Assembly (NCBI GenBank): GCA_951406725.2
Contig: OX597833.1
Location: forward strand, 20,274,001-20,338,000
Direction of reading: 5' to 3'
DNA: 64,000 bases
From: Octopus vulgaris
Lineage: Eukaryota
Shown: positions 51,898 through 64,000 of the stretch, in pieces
How the letters are laid out: every line of letters begins with the position of its first letter
Numbering within the stretch: position 1 is the stretch's first letter
Position numbers and translations under genes: made by a program
The notes under the pieces: model-generated
Databases searched by the model: none
Seen by the model: the letters and a program-made list of their open reading frames with translations, nothing else
Told to the model about the DNA's origin: nothing

Positions 51898-52314
51898 GAT
51901 CATTTTGTTTGAACGGCAGTTTTTTCTAGCGGTGTCATATGAAATTGTCACCCATAATTATGACCCTAGTATCGATCTATTGCATTTCTATGTTTTAGGG
52001 TTAGGGTTAGGGTTAGGAGTGGGGGAAGGGTATCTTTTTTTTTCTTCACAAATGTAAATAAACCCAATCTGTTTCTTAAACGTGGGACATATTCATACGG
52101 CACAGAATGTTTTTTTTACCTTAATGGACGTCAGTGATTGGTTGAAATTGCAGAAATTGAAGAAAAAACAACAAATATCTTACAAACTATAGAATTTTCT
52201 CAATAAAGCCAAGAGAAAAAGATGTTTTATAAACACATTCTACCAGTATATGAAGTTTAAAATTTTTTAGTTACCTAGAAATTATGTTAAAAACTGCCGT
52301 TCAAACCGAAAATC
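51898..52314. mobile_element. TIR element (MITE) containing (TTAGGG)n
   Basis: TIRs tttgaacggcagtttt / aaaactgccgttcaaa; ttagggttagggttagggttagg at about 51995-52017. A related degenerate copy lies at about 6880-7050. Confidence 0.75.
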
Positions 52315-52399
52315 TAAATTACATTTAACAGATACAAATTTATGCACTTCTAAGACAAGATCTGTTTTATCATGTGTACAGTATAAGATGCAAAATAAA

Positions 52400-52859
52400 G
52401 AGCATAATTTTATTTAACAGATACAAATGATGATGATGATGACGATAAAGCGCAAATTAATACATTTCAAAGCAGAGCATGTTTAATCTGTATTAATCCT
52501 CTTCAAAAAAAATTAAGAACTAAACTATTTTCAATACACCGTATTCAAATTAACCAAGTTCAGTGTCAGAGTTTGTTTTGTATAATACAGGATTCAATAT
52601 ATTGTATGATACAGCACAGTATTCCCGGTTTTCTGGAATTTACGGATTTCTGGAAGCCCGGATAAGCAGTCCGGCACACTGCTTCGTCGAAGTCCATTAT
52701 CTCCTTATCTCCCACTCCACTACAAGCCGGTTAGTGTCACTTCCGGTCCGACACTACTTCCGGCACAATGTATGTTGTTAGTTTGTCCAGCTGAACGTTT
52801 CTTCAGGAATCGCTGGCACCCACCAACAAATCTCGATTATTATATTCCACGGGGATAAT
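52400..52859 (-). other. Candidate terminal exon or regulatory island of an unidentified transcript
   Basis: Strong acceptor tttttttcttttag|ATTATC at 52859, CpG-rich unique sequence, aataaa(-) near 52410, and tandem ETS cores cacttccgg / tacttccgg at about 52738-52763. No recognisable protein. Confidence 0.3.
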
Positions 52860-54907
52860 CTAAAAGAAAAAAATTATAGTAAATAATAATTTAAAGTCAG
52901 TTTATTTTAATTTATGTAAAAAAAGTTTATAAACTATAAAACAAATATTTCTTTACGCGATTTGGATAAAAGTTGACAAGATATATTTTGGAGGTGTGTA
53001 TTTCTACTTTCATTTATAACTTGGCATTTTGGTTATTTTTATTCTGCTTGCTGTTTAGACCCTAAATAAGACATCTGATTCCTATAATCAAAAGCGTTCC
53101 AGCCGTGATCCTCTCGCCTTTTTTTAATGTCTATCTGTTCGTGTGTCCTTCCTTAAAAATAAAAAAAAGACGGTAAAGTGTTATTTGGTTCTAGCATGTC
53201 CAGCAATGATGAAGGACCCTCTCCCTATTAGCTCCCACCCACATTCTGCTACCGGTAATGTCTTCAGAACAGTCATGAGCGCGTAAATCTATGATCAAAA
53301 GCGTCCCAACCGTGGCTATCACGTTTCTTTTTTTTATATACATCTATTATAACTACATCGATCTGTGTATTGTGTTTTAAAATGTTTATTTCTAAGACGT
53401 CAGGGTGCATCTTCAGAGTAATTTGGTTCGTATTTCTAGCAGGTCCAGCAACCACAGTGGGGCGTTTTCGTAGACTTTGTGATTTTGTTTCCCAGCATTT
53501 GTATATAATAAGTATTACAATTTGTATTATTTTTTTCCAAGAGACAAAAAGCATGAAAACGCTATCAAAATATTCTAAACTACAAATATCTATTTGAAAG
53601 ACTAAATTTGCAAAAATATTCTTATTCTACTTTTACGTGTTTGGAGAATCGTATAATATTGGTAGGTAGGATAGTTTGTAAATATGTTGCTTATATGTCA
53701 GTCAGCTCCGATAAGTAGGCCGTTCCAGCCATGACCATCAAGCCTTTTCAGGGATTTCTAAGATTACATTCATTATACAGTGTGTCCTTTGCTTGTTATT
53801 TTATTCGATTCGATTTGGAAGTGATTTGAGAGAGCCTTTGGCTGCTATTTCCTGCATGATGAGCTACCACATACAGAGATTCCTCATTAGGTCTTCGTTG
53901 TAATCTATATAATAGGTATAAATTGTTATACCTGGATAACAGAAATCCGTATCATTAGCTTGATGTATATATATATTTACAGAAATATGTAAATAATATA
54001 TAAAAACTGATATGCGTACACACACCTCCCTATACATATCTATTCATAACCATGCTGTTTTGGTACTCACACACACACACATATATATATATATTGTGTG
54101 TGTGTGTGTATGCATGCATAACTAAACAGACACGTGTTCGATTTAAGAACGACTACAAAACCAAATATAGAGATGCCAGGCCATGTTTCGGTAGCTTACT
54201 TGAGGGAACTGAAACCAGCGTGATCTTTAAAGGTTCATGTTATTAAATGGACATTTTAAATATTTCTAATAAATTATTTCTTTCGATTTAGTTCAGTAAA
54301 ATCATTCAGTTCTTCAAATGTTTCTTTATGCTGTATTGTATTTTAAAAAATATTTCTTGCATAACTACAGTTTAGTGCCCCCGCCTGGAATAACTCCAGT
54401 TTGCTAACTCCTCCTCCTTCCGACTATATTTTTTTCCCCTCTCAATTTTCTTAATGCATATTTTAGAAGAATTGTGCAGAAATACAGGTTTTGCTGGTTT
54501 AGAAATCGATTATGATGAATTAGAAAAACAAAAATTATGTTAGAAAGAAAAGATGTTAGCACCTTTTTAGCTATTCAATAACTCAATCATGATCAATGCA
54601 CAGCATAAAATAAAAATCAATGATATTTTTCTGATTGATTGTTATTTATCATTAAGATGCAATTGGGAAGCACGATAAAAAAAAAATCCGAGTTTGTTGT
54701 TCGGGAAGATTTTGTAAGCAAAACTTATGTGCTAGGGAAAATTAGAAAATGTGTCGAAAGACAAATCTGTCAATTAGTTTATTTTTTAAAAAAATTATCA
54801 ATACAAATTGCATTAATTAAAACAGGTGTCTTCAAAATTCCTCTGCGTCGAAATGACATGAAGTCTCAAACTTTGAGGCAGACTGATTGATGTTGTATTG
54901 GTAGTTG

Positions 54908-54998
54908 GGCGAAGGTAAAGAATACGTACACCCAGTGGTTAGGGTTAGGGTTTTTGTTGCGCCGAAAACCGGTCGTGTACGTATTCTTTACCTCCGCC
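54908..54998 (+). mobile_element. 91-bp hairpin MITE with TTAGGG core and 8-bp TSD (Merlin-like)
   Basis: TIRs ggcgaaggtaaagaatacgtacac / gtgtacgtattctttacctccgcc; ggtagttg duplicated at 54900-54907 and 54999-55006; internal ggttagggttaggg. Confidence 0.8.
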
Positions 54999-55694
54999 GG
55001 TAGTTGCTTAGCCACAGGTCAACCTTGATTGAGTAAACCTATGACCGAAAGCGCCCCAACCGTGACTACCATGTCTTTTATTCAAACATAATGTACATGC
55101 CCGTCTCTTTTCTAAGACGATCAAACGCTAGTTCCTCAAACTTACTTCACTCATGGCGCACTTTGAACTTAAAGTATAAAGTATTTAAAAACAAAAACCG
55201 ATGTACTTTTATCCAAGTACAAGCACCCTTTTACAAGAAGTGGGCCGCATGGGGCATGGCTAATCTTGAGGAGGGTTGCACTGCTAATAAAAAATTTAAA
55301 AGTAACTTTTCGTTGGTGTGCGCTGAAGAAAGTCCCGCGGGTTGCCAGTTGTCCATGATTGCTTTAATTTATAAAGACACAATAAAAAAATAAATGATTT
55401 AGTCTACAGAAAATGATTAAATTCTTTTTATTTTAATAAATTGCACGATCAAGAAACAACTGCCTGTCTTACCTCGGCTTTATAGTTGAAATATCAGTTT
55501 GTACTTTTACCTTTGCCCATATAATACAGTAAATGAATTGATTGCATCACAATCATTAACATTTATGTATTAACTTTGTTGGGTACTTCACTAGCAGTAT
55601 ATTGGATATATGTTATCCCATGGAGGGTCGCATTTACAACCCCTATCTCAATTTGTATATATATATATATATATATATATTACTGGGGAAGGCC

Positions 55695-55767
55695 GGTTTA
55701 TGGGATTACCCTGGGTTTCTCGTCCATACAGGTTTAACTTTATGACGTATCATCAGACCCCAAAACC
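55695..55767 (-). ncRNA. Type-I hammerhead ribozyme in a ~165-bp (TA)n-flanked mini-element (about 55681-55840)
   Basis: Minus strand: ggttttggggt CTGATGA tacgtcata..tatggacga GAAA cccaggg TA atcccataaacc. A degenerate sibling lies on the plus strand at about 51612-51695. Confidence 0.75.
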
Positions 55768-55879
55768 TGTTGGCCTTAAGACCTCTTCAAAATATAGAGT
55801 GTACTTCTCCGAATTTACGTTTTCTACTATCGATGTATTTATATATATATATAATTTTAATTCCTTCGCCGCAATCCGG

Positions 55880-55978
55880 AGCGGAGGTAAAGAATATACA
55901 CGCCACCCGTTTTCGACGTAATAAAAAACCCTAACCTTTAACCCTAAACACCCAGTGTGCGTATTCTTTACTTTCGCC
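55880..55978 (-). mobile_element. Second copy of the TTAGGG-core hairpin MITE, opposite orientation
   Basis: gcggaggtaaagaatatacac..ccctaacctttaaccctaa..gtgtgcgtattctttactttcgcc; flanks gcaatccgg / acaatccgg. Confidence 0.75.
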
Positions 55979-58900
55979 ACAATCCGGTGCACCGCAAGTA
56001 CTACGGAAATACGTGGTTCGAAGGAAATAGGGTTGATATTTCAACGACCGCGTATCAGTTCCCTCGTATAGTCCGCAAACTAAAAACTGAGTATATAGTT
56101 ACGGTCTTTGCGCTTTTACCCTCTTAAACCGATTTATTAAACTCGACTACTTTCAGCCAACGAAAGAGCCTCTACATGGTCGTTCAATATGCCAGTAATA
56201 GCAGCTGAACTTCTTCCCTTAAATCACGCGCCCTACTGTCTTAAAACAGGAACTGATTGGTGGTTGGTCAGTCTGGTATGCACAATTAGTGTAGAGATGT
56301 TATAATTAGAGAAATATTTTCCATCTCCTTCCTGTTGAATTATCAGCACTATTGTTCTTGAATGGGTACTATGTTATTACATTATCCCTTGATTATCGTA
56401 ATTAATGTTGCTAAGCGTTGCTAATATCACGCCCCTCTTTCAGATCAATCAGGGTCATTGTCGTGACAGAGACGAAGTTCCTTTCACTCAAATGTTATAA
56501 GTTTCATTTAATAATTTCATGTTATTTCCACAAACTTTCTGCTGGAAAGTCACAACTTGTAAAACTCATTCTGAGTACGTAAGTATTCTAAGATGAATAT
56601 TAATTTTAATCTATTATATAATTACATTCCAGTCTATTATGCATTATCGAAATATAAATCAACTGCAGAATTTCAGTGGGCATACATACACAATTGTGCC
56701 CTCACACGATTTTGTTTCGTCGTAACTTTAAACAAGGAAAATGGCGATTTCAAAATGTAATTTTTTTTCCAAATATCTCTCAGATCGTGTACATTACGAT
56801 TATATAAAAATTTAATGAGTAAAAAAGATAATGGTCACGTATACTTGCTGGCACATCACATATATATCTACAAAATCTATCGGAAATTTTGAGATGCCTG
56901 TCTGTACGCATACATGTGAGTCCACCAGTTTTTTCCCCCTCATTAAATTCTAATACAATCGTAATCTGAATCATTTGAAAAATATTTGTAGAAAATTTCA
57001 TTAAAAAATGTAAAAAATTTTCTAAAAGTTATGAGGAAACAAATTCGACGCACGGGAATTATCTGAAACTCCATTCCCCTACTCCCGAAAAAAGTGCACA
57101 TTTGTGTTGGCATTCCATGCACTAGCACTTTCATTGACTTGGAAAGATGGAAGGCTGAAAAATTGTCCACAATGTAATTTGAACTTGGAACGTAAAGGAT
57201 TGTTACAATATACTGACGCTAACGATTCTGCTATTCCACTCACTCATTTTTATCAGCACTACTTTGAGCTAACTAAAGAACCTCAATGTTGTTGCTTGAC
57301 CTGTTAAAAAAGGCAGCCATATTCCCTCAAATTGCACCCTACTATCTTAAACAAGGAGCCATTAGATAGCGTAATTTTAAATATACAGAAAAAGAAGAAG
57401 GTTGCAGTGGAAATGTCTTTGATCATAGGGCTGCTCAATCATGATTAAGTTTGGGTTAAACAACAATTCCAAGAAGGATGAAATGTTAAGCTGAGTAAAT
57501 AATACAATGTTTGCTATCAGAATGAAAACCATAGTTCATCACTGTCATTTACATTCATTTCTTTTTTCTTGCTGGTATGGGTTACATGGTAGAGGCTCGT
57601 GGCTTAGTGGTTAGGGTGTCAGCATCATGATTGTGAAATTGTGGTTTTGATTCCTGGACCGGGCAATGTGCTGTGTTCTTGAGCAAAATACTTCATTTCA
57701 TGTTGTTCCAGTCCACTCAGCTGGCAAAAATGAGTAACGCTGCAATGGACTGGCATCCCAACCAGCTGGGGAACACATACACCATTGATACTGGGAAACC
57801 AGGCCCATGAGTCTGGTTAGGCTTTAAAAGGGCGCATTTATTTATTTTTATTATGGGTTACATGAGACTTCTTGAGGCAATATTCTTATTTCTTTATTAC
57901 CCACTAGGGGCGACAATTGAGGCAATATTCTACTAGCATTTGCCCTTCCTTACTCAATCCCAACTTGTTTTCCATGTAGGATACCTTATTTCACTGGTTT
58001 TTGCACATTGCATTGCCAAACTGCAGGATGTACACAAATGCTGCCACTGCCCAAGTGGTTGTATTGTGAAGACACATGGAGACAATTGCATACAGTAATT
58101 GGTTCCTCTTTTTATCACTTCTATTCACCTTGTGCCTTGAGGGAACACTTGGATACCTTATCACCACTATTTATCTACAACAAGGACTTTTCCTTCACAT
58201 ACTTTAACTCCTCATTCCCTAGTGTAAAGCTGACTGCCCTTCCCTCAGGGTTCATAAATCTTGTGAGATGCATGACAATCGCAAGAGTGCTGGTTGCATG
58301 AAACAAGAACCAGTATACTCTGTAAAGAAGTTGGTGTTAGGAAGGGCATCAAGCTGGAGAAACCATGCTGAAGCAAACACTGGTGTATAATGCAGTTCTT
58401 GGACCCATCAGAGCCTGTCAAACTGTCCAATCCATGCAAGCATGCAACAAGGATATTGATGATTTGCTGGTTTTATATATATACTAATGGGACCATTGGA
58501 TATTTCATGGAATTAATGGTAAACCTATTGGGTTATTTCTGAAAACTCTAGCCAAAAATCCTGAAAGCGTAGCCTCTGTTGTGTCAGTATGGAAAGATAG
58601 TTGTCCATCTGCTACTCATTGTAAAGTGAAAGAAATTGGAACACGATGATTATTTAATGCACTTTATATATACACTTTATACAGTTTATGCACAATTTTA
58701 TAGACTTAACACATAACACTCATAAAATAAATATTCACTCTTATTTTTCAGAACATTGTTTCTCTCTCTCTCTTTTTTTTTCTCCCTCTTTCTCACTCTT
58801 TGCCTTATCCTTTTTTCTCTCTCCCTTTTCTTTCTCCTCTCTTTCCCTTCAACTAATCAGGTGAAGCGTTACAATTACATTCTCTTTACCTCACCGACCT

Positions 58901-61827
58901 TCGAACATTAGGCCTCACTGAGGCATTAACCAGTAACTGAAACCTTTGGAAATATGCTGTGCGTGAGAAGACCTGGCAAGACAAGTGAGACCATAACCCG
59001 TGGCATTTACCAGGGGTGTAGCCAGCCCACTTATGCCTACCTTTCCTTCTTTGGACACAAAACTCTGCTTGCGAAGACCTGTTGAGACAAGTGAAATTGA
59101 ATTTGAAATCGAGCCAAATTCGACGACTGTCACCCATGCCAGCCTTCCTTCATTGGACACTAAACTCTGCTTGCGAAAACCTGTTGGGGCAAGTGAAATT
59201 GAAATTGAACCAAATTTGATGACTGGCACCCGTGCTAGTGGAGCACTAACAGCTCCATCCGAGTGGGATCTATGCCAGTTGCACCTAAAAAGCACCTTTT
59301 GAGCGTGATCATTACCAACGTTGCCTTACTGGCACTTGTGCCGGTGGCATGTGAACAAAACATTCGAGCAAGGTCATTGCCAGTGCCGCTGGACTGACTC
59401 CTGTGCAGGTGGCATGTAAAAAAACACCATTTGAGCATGGCCGTTGCCAGTACTGCCAGACTGGCCCTTGTGCTGGTGGCACATAAAAGCACCCACTACA
59501 CTCTCGGAGTGGTTGGCGCTAGGAAGGGCATCCAGCTGTAGAAACTCTGCCAGATCAAATTGGAGCCTGGTGCAACCATCTGGATCTCTAGTCCTCAGTC
59601 AAATCGTCCAACCCATGCTAGCATGGAAAGCAGATTTTAAATGATGATGATGATGATATACACACACACACACACACAACAGGCTTTCACACAGTTTCTG
59701 TCTGTCAAATTCATTTACAAGGTATCGGTCATCCCAAGGCTTTAGCAGAAGACACTTGCTTAAGGTGCTGTGCTGTGGGACTCAACCTGAAACCATGCGT
59801 TTGCAAAGCAAGCTTCTTAGCCACACAGCTATATAAATCCATACAACAAAAATGTCAGTAAAAAAGGTGATTGTTAGTTTTCATTTTAAGGCAGCATTAT
59901 TAGCCACTGTCATTTCCTTGGTGGCTAAAAATACCTCATGCCCTTAGCTTGGTTTATTGTTTTATCTGAGCTACCACTTGTAGTTAAGTTTAGTCAGGTC
60001 AGTTCAACACTTAATGTGCATTTTTCTTTCAACTTCTTAACTGAAAATAATTACACATTTCCCCATTTCTCTTCAAGTATTGCTGTTTCCACCTTCCCAC
60101 CTCCCAGTTTGTGAAAAAATACATAAACAAGAGTATGAAAGAAAGCTGTTTCAAATATTATGGTCCATCAGTCAGTTAGATATAGCAACCTAGTCTCCTT
60201 CTGGTCTCTTGAAATAGTGGAAGAAAACATTTGAATATTCATTTTTGTACTTGAGTTGCAAAATTTTTGATGTGAAGCAGATTGATTGATTGATTAACTG
60301 AATGATTTATTGAACAAATCGATTAGTTAATTGGTTAAATGGTTAACCAATCGATATAAGAAAGTGAAATGGAACCAGTGTGTGTATTTTTGGCATAATG
60401 ACCCACCCAAGTTACACTAAAATATGAATGTAATTCTGATCCCAAACCGTTTTTGCACCACATACTGGTTTCATTTTCCCAAGGACTAGAGGGATTATAC
60501 ACATAATAAAACACAATAAAGTGCATAATATATAATTTAGTTATTACATATATAGTACATATATATTATATATATTTTATTGAATTGGATTGCCTATGTT
60601 CAGTTCATTGCAGGATGAAGGGCTCAGCATGTTCTTTCCAACAACCGCAGTCTGATATTGAGGCTATGAATTTGAGATTGAGATCGTATGGGTTTGATAA
60701 GCCTACTCTGTCAAACTGGCTCAACGTGGTTTGGCAGAGGGGTGCAGTTTTTATACTCTCATCCAAGAGCAGTTAAGTTGGTAACATTAACTCCTGTGCT
60801 CAACTGGTACTTATTTTATTGACCCCTGAAAGGATGGAAGGCAAAGTTTACCTTGACGGAATTTGAACTCAGAATATAAAGATGGATGAAATACCACTAG
60901 GTATTTCAGCTGGCGTGTTAACGATTCTGCCAGCTTGTCAACTATATTACATATATCACATATATAATATATATGTATACTGCAAAAGCATCCTACAGAC
61001 TGTGATAGTCAATAACAAATAAAATATAAAAGTTTATACTTTCTGTGTAGTCCTCTACCAAATCATCCCTTGTACATGTCCATGATCTGATCCAGTGGTT
61101 TGAGACCCTCCTCTCTAAGAGACAGAATGGTCATACCTAAAATGTCTTTGTTCAAAAATCTGCTTGATGAGGTCTGACCGGGAGCTGAACAAAAACAAGA
61201 ACTATTTCGATGCTTGTTTTTAGAGTTCATCATTTTGCCATGTTTTGAAGACATAATCTTTATGTACTGGTTTATTGTAAATAACCAGAACCATGCTTAA
61301 CTCTTTAGCATTTAAACCAATCCTAATATTCTACTTCTTTATGTATAAATCATACCCTCCAGCCTTCTTCAAGTGTCTTGGAGAAATTTTGAACCTGGGT
61401 ATTTTTTGATGTTATTATTATTATTATTCACAAGTACCCTTCTATGTCATTCTAAAACTAAACAATCACATCATTGAAACTTTGAAGCTCCAATATAAGC
61501 CATAATTAATTCAAAACAATGTGAATAAATTAGCATTACGTATGACAGAGTAATCTGAATGCGAAAGAGTTAATTGTATTTAAAAATGATGGGAGAAAAT
61601 ACTAACGAGTTTTCTCTATCTTGGTTTCTTGTTTGATCAACCCATCAGCTGCTTATTCTGAAAAATCATTGGATGACCAGTGTCTTGTGAATAGATTTGG
61701 TAGATGTGAACTTTTTATGCAAGTTTGTTCATATATATGAGTGTGTGTGTGTGTAGTTTGACCTCACATGACTGTGCTTCACAACCAGTTTTTGTATATA
61801 TATCTCTAAGTGATTGCAAAAATAACG

Positions 61828-62112
61828 GGACCTGACTTTATGTCCGATGTCACTTTGTCCAACGTCTCTTCATCCACGTCTTTTGGTCTGACGTCTTTCT
61901 GTCTTATGATTTTTCTGTCTAATGACATTTTGTCCAATTTTAAATAAACTCTTTAGAAAACAAGGTGAACATCAAAATCAAATAATCATTGAGAATTTTA
62001 TTGATAGGATTTGTCGTTGGACAAAAATAATTATCGGATAAAAAGATATCAGACCAAAAGATGTGGACGAAAAGACATTTGACATAGTGACGTTGGATGA
62101 AAAGACATAGCA
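61828..62112. mobile_element. Foldback-like MITE with arrays of short subterminal repeats
   Basis: Left arm repeats of (t/c)ttt(t)gtcc(g/a)acgtc are mirrored by gacgttggatgaaaag / ggacgaaaagac on the right arm. Confidence 0.65.
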
Positions 62113-64000
62113 CCAAGTGATTTGGCAAAAATAGAGACTAACAGAATAAGTAACAAACTTAAAAAAATAAGTACTAGGAATGATTTGATTGACTAAAATT
62201 CTTCAAGGCAGTGCCTTAAAATGGTCACAGTCCAATGATTGAAGCCAGTGAAAGAGTAATACTCAAAGCAAAGCATTCCTTTGAAATCACCTACAAAAGC
62301 TTGGGAGTAGTGTATTCACAGAAGAACAGTTGAAAACCCGGTAGATATTTAAATCCTTCTACATAAGGTCTGATATTATTGGTATCATGAGATAAAAATA
62401 CCAAACTGTGTGAAATTGTTACCTTCCTGTACCTACAAAGTACCATAAAGGTAGCTTTTGTTCAGTAGCTGGGAGTGATTAAACATGTGTTTAACAGTGA
62501 AGACTAGCCGACTAAATACTTCACTTACATTGTACTGCTCTCATATTTCATTTTTACTCCATATGAAAGTTATACAATATGTTAAACAGTTAAGCCAACT
62601 GCAGGTGGCTTAATTTGTACACTGCTCCAGCATTGCACTTGATGATAGGAGGCGGGTGTAGGTGAGATTGTTACTTATGTTTACATAACAGCTGGAGAGT
62701 TGTTTAAATAAGGAAGAGTGAAGTAAATGGTGTAATTTAGCCTGACAATTTCTGTGATCCTACGAATACGCATCTTGTTACGCTAGTCCTTTCCAAATAT
62801 AAAAAGGGAGTAAAAGGGATTTTTTTTTTTATCTTTCTAGGAAGTGCTTAGCTGTGTGATGTTAGAAATGTAGAATATTTAGCAATGAGGAATTTCAAAA
62901 GAATATGTGTCAGTCAAATTAGGATATTAACACCATTTTCTCTTGTGTAACATGGTTAGGATAGAATACAGGTCACCACGGATTATCTTTTGTTGTTTAC
63001 TTGTTTTAGTCGTTGGACTGTGGCCATGCTGGGGCACTGCTTTGAAGGGTTTAGTCGAGCAAACTGATCCCAGTAATTATATTTTTAAAAATTCTGTTAC
63101 TTATTCTAATCAGTCTCTTATTTCTTTATTGACCACAAGGGGCTAAACATAGAGGGGGACAAACAAGGACAGACAAACGGATTAAGTCGATTATATTGAC
63201 CCCAGTGCGTAACTGGTACTTATTTAATCGACCCCGAAAGGATGAAAGGCAAAGTCAACCTTGACGGAATTTGAACTCATAGCGTTAAGACAGACAAAAT
63301 ACCGCTAAGCATTTTGCCCGGCATGCTAACTTTTCTGCCAGCTCGCCGCTTTATTCTAATCAGTCTCTTTTGATGAATGACTGAGTTATGGAAATGTAAA
63401 CAAACCAACACCAATTGTGGAGTGATGGTAGAGTTACAAACACACAATCAGACATACACACATGCATACACACACACACACACACACAACAGGCTTTTAT
63501 GTTGTTTCCATTTATCAAATTCACTCAACAGGCATTGGTTGGCCCAGCACTATAGTAGAAGACACTTGCCCAAATGCCATGCAGTGGGATTGAACCCAAA
63601 ACATATGTTTGGAAGTAAGCTTCTAAACCATGCCTGTGCCTTTTAAGCAGAGGAGTGAGGAAAGCGTGGATGAACTTTTGTAGGGTGTCTGAGGACCTGT
63701 GGAATAAAGAGAGGAAGGTATTAATAGCATCCAACCAGAGGTGGACTTTGAATGTCAAAAGTTTAGAGTTTTATATTCTTAGTTTTGGCCCAGCTTCTGT
63801 GTTTACCCTACCTTCTTCATTCTGCAATCTGTATTGAAGCCCAAGGTATGATATAAAATTCCAACTAGAATCACTTTCATTTACTGAATAGGACTTAAGA
63901 AAATGAATTAATGCCATAATATCCAGGTTATTCTGCCAAATGTAATGCTTATTTATTTTCATTGTTTTGAATTAATCATGCTGTATCTCGTAGCTTCGAG

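Noticed and set aside
51995-52017. Telomere or chromosome-fusion relic
   Set aside because: Only 3-4 TTAGGG units, internal to a TIR element.
55245-55268. Gapped resemblance to the U6 segment AAGATTAGCATGGCCCCTGCG on the minus strand
   Set aside because: It needs three gaps in about 23 nt and the flanks do not match U6.
54908-55978. One ~1.07-kb composite transposon bounded by the two inverted hairpin elements
   Set aside because: Each hairpin has its own distinct target-site duplication, so they are independent insertions.
60585-60776. Short plus-strand ORF/exon candidate (MKGSACSFQQ..)
   Set aside because: No recognisable homology and no supported partner exons.
62465-62700. Possible snoRNA or miRNA hairpins (tgggagtg..agtgaag/cttcact..tgctctca; ctccagc..gctggag)
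   Set aside because: The stems are short and no properly placed H/ACA or C/D boxes could be identified by eye.

Overview
AT-rich, microsatellite- and SINE-dense metazoan genomic DNA. The repeat families look like those of octopus/coleoid cephalopods, which is an inference from recognised repeat sequence. The main feature is a complete 13-exon ZNF341-like C2H2 zinc-finger gene on the minus strand (ATG at 35253, stop at 1993). My splicing gives 3234 nt of CDS (1077 aa), with all introns GT-AG and phase-compatible. About 1 kb downstream, running off the left edge, is the 5' part of an R2-like RLE non-LTR retrotransposon (3 zinc fingers + Myb, structured 5' leader) that sits in a hAT MITE rather than in 28S rDNA. 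The rest is a mosaic of mobile DNA: a Dong/R4 LINE end in a (TAA)n tract, a Tx1/L1 end associated with (TATC)n, a Penelope (GIY-YIG) element with a hammerhead ribozyme, other hammerhead-bearing mini-elements (one with a tRNA/Pol III head), mariner relics, hAT, piggyBac-like and Merlin-like MITEs (some carrying TTAGGG repeats), a decayed U6 snRNA copy, and several (TA)n-flanked long palindromes. No second protein-coding gene could be supported; only weak exon candidates are seen at 52-61 kb.
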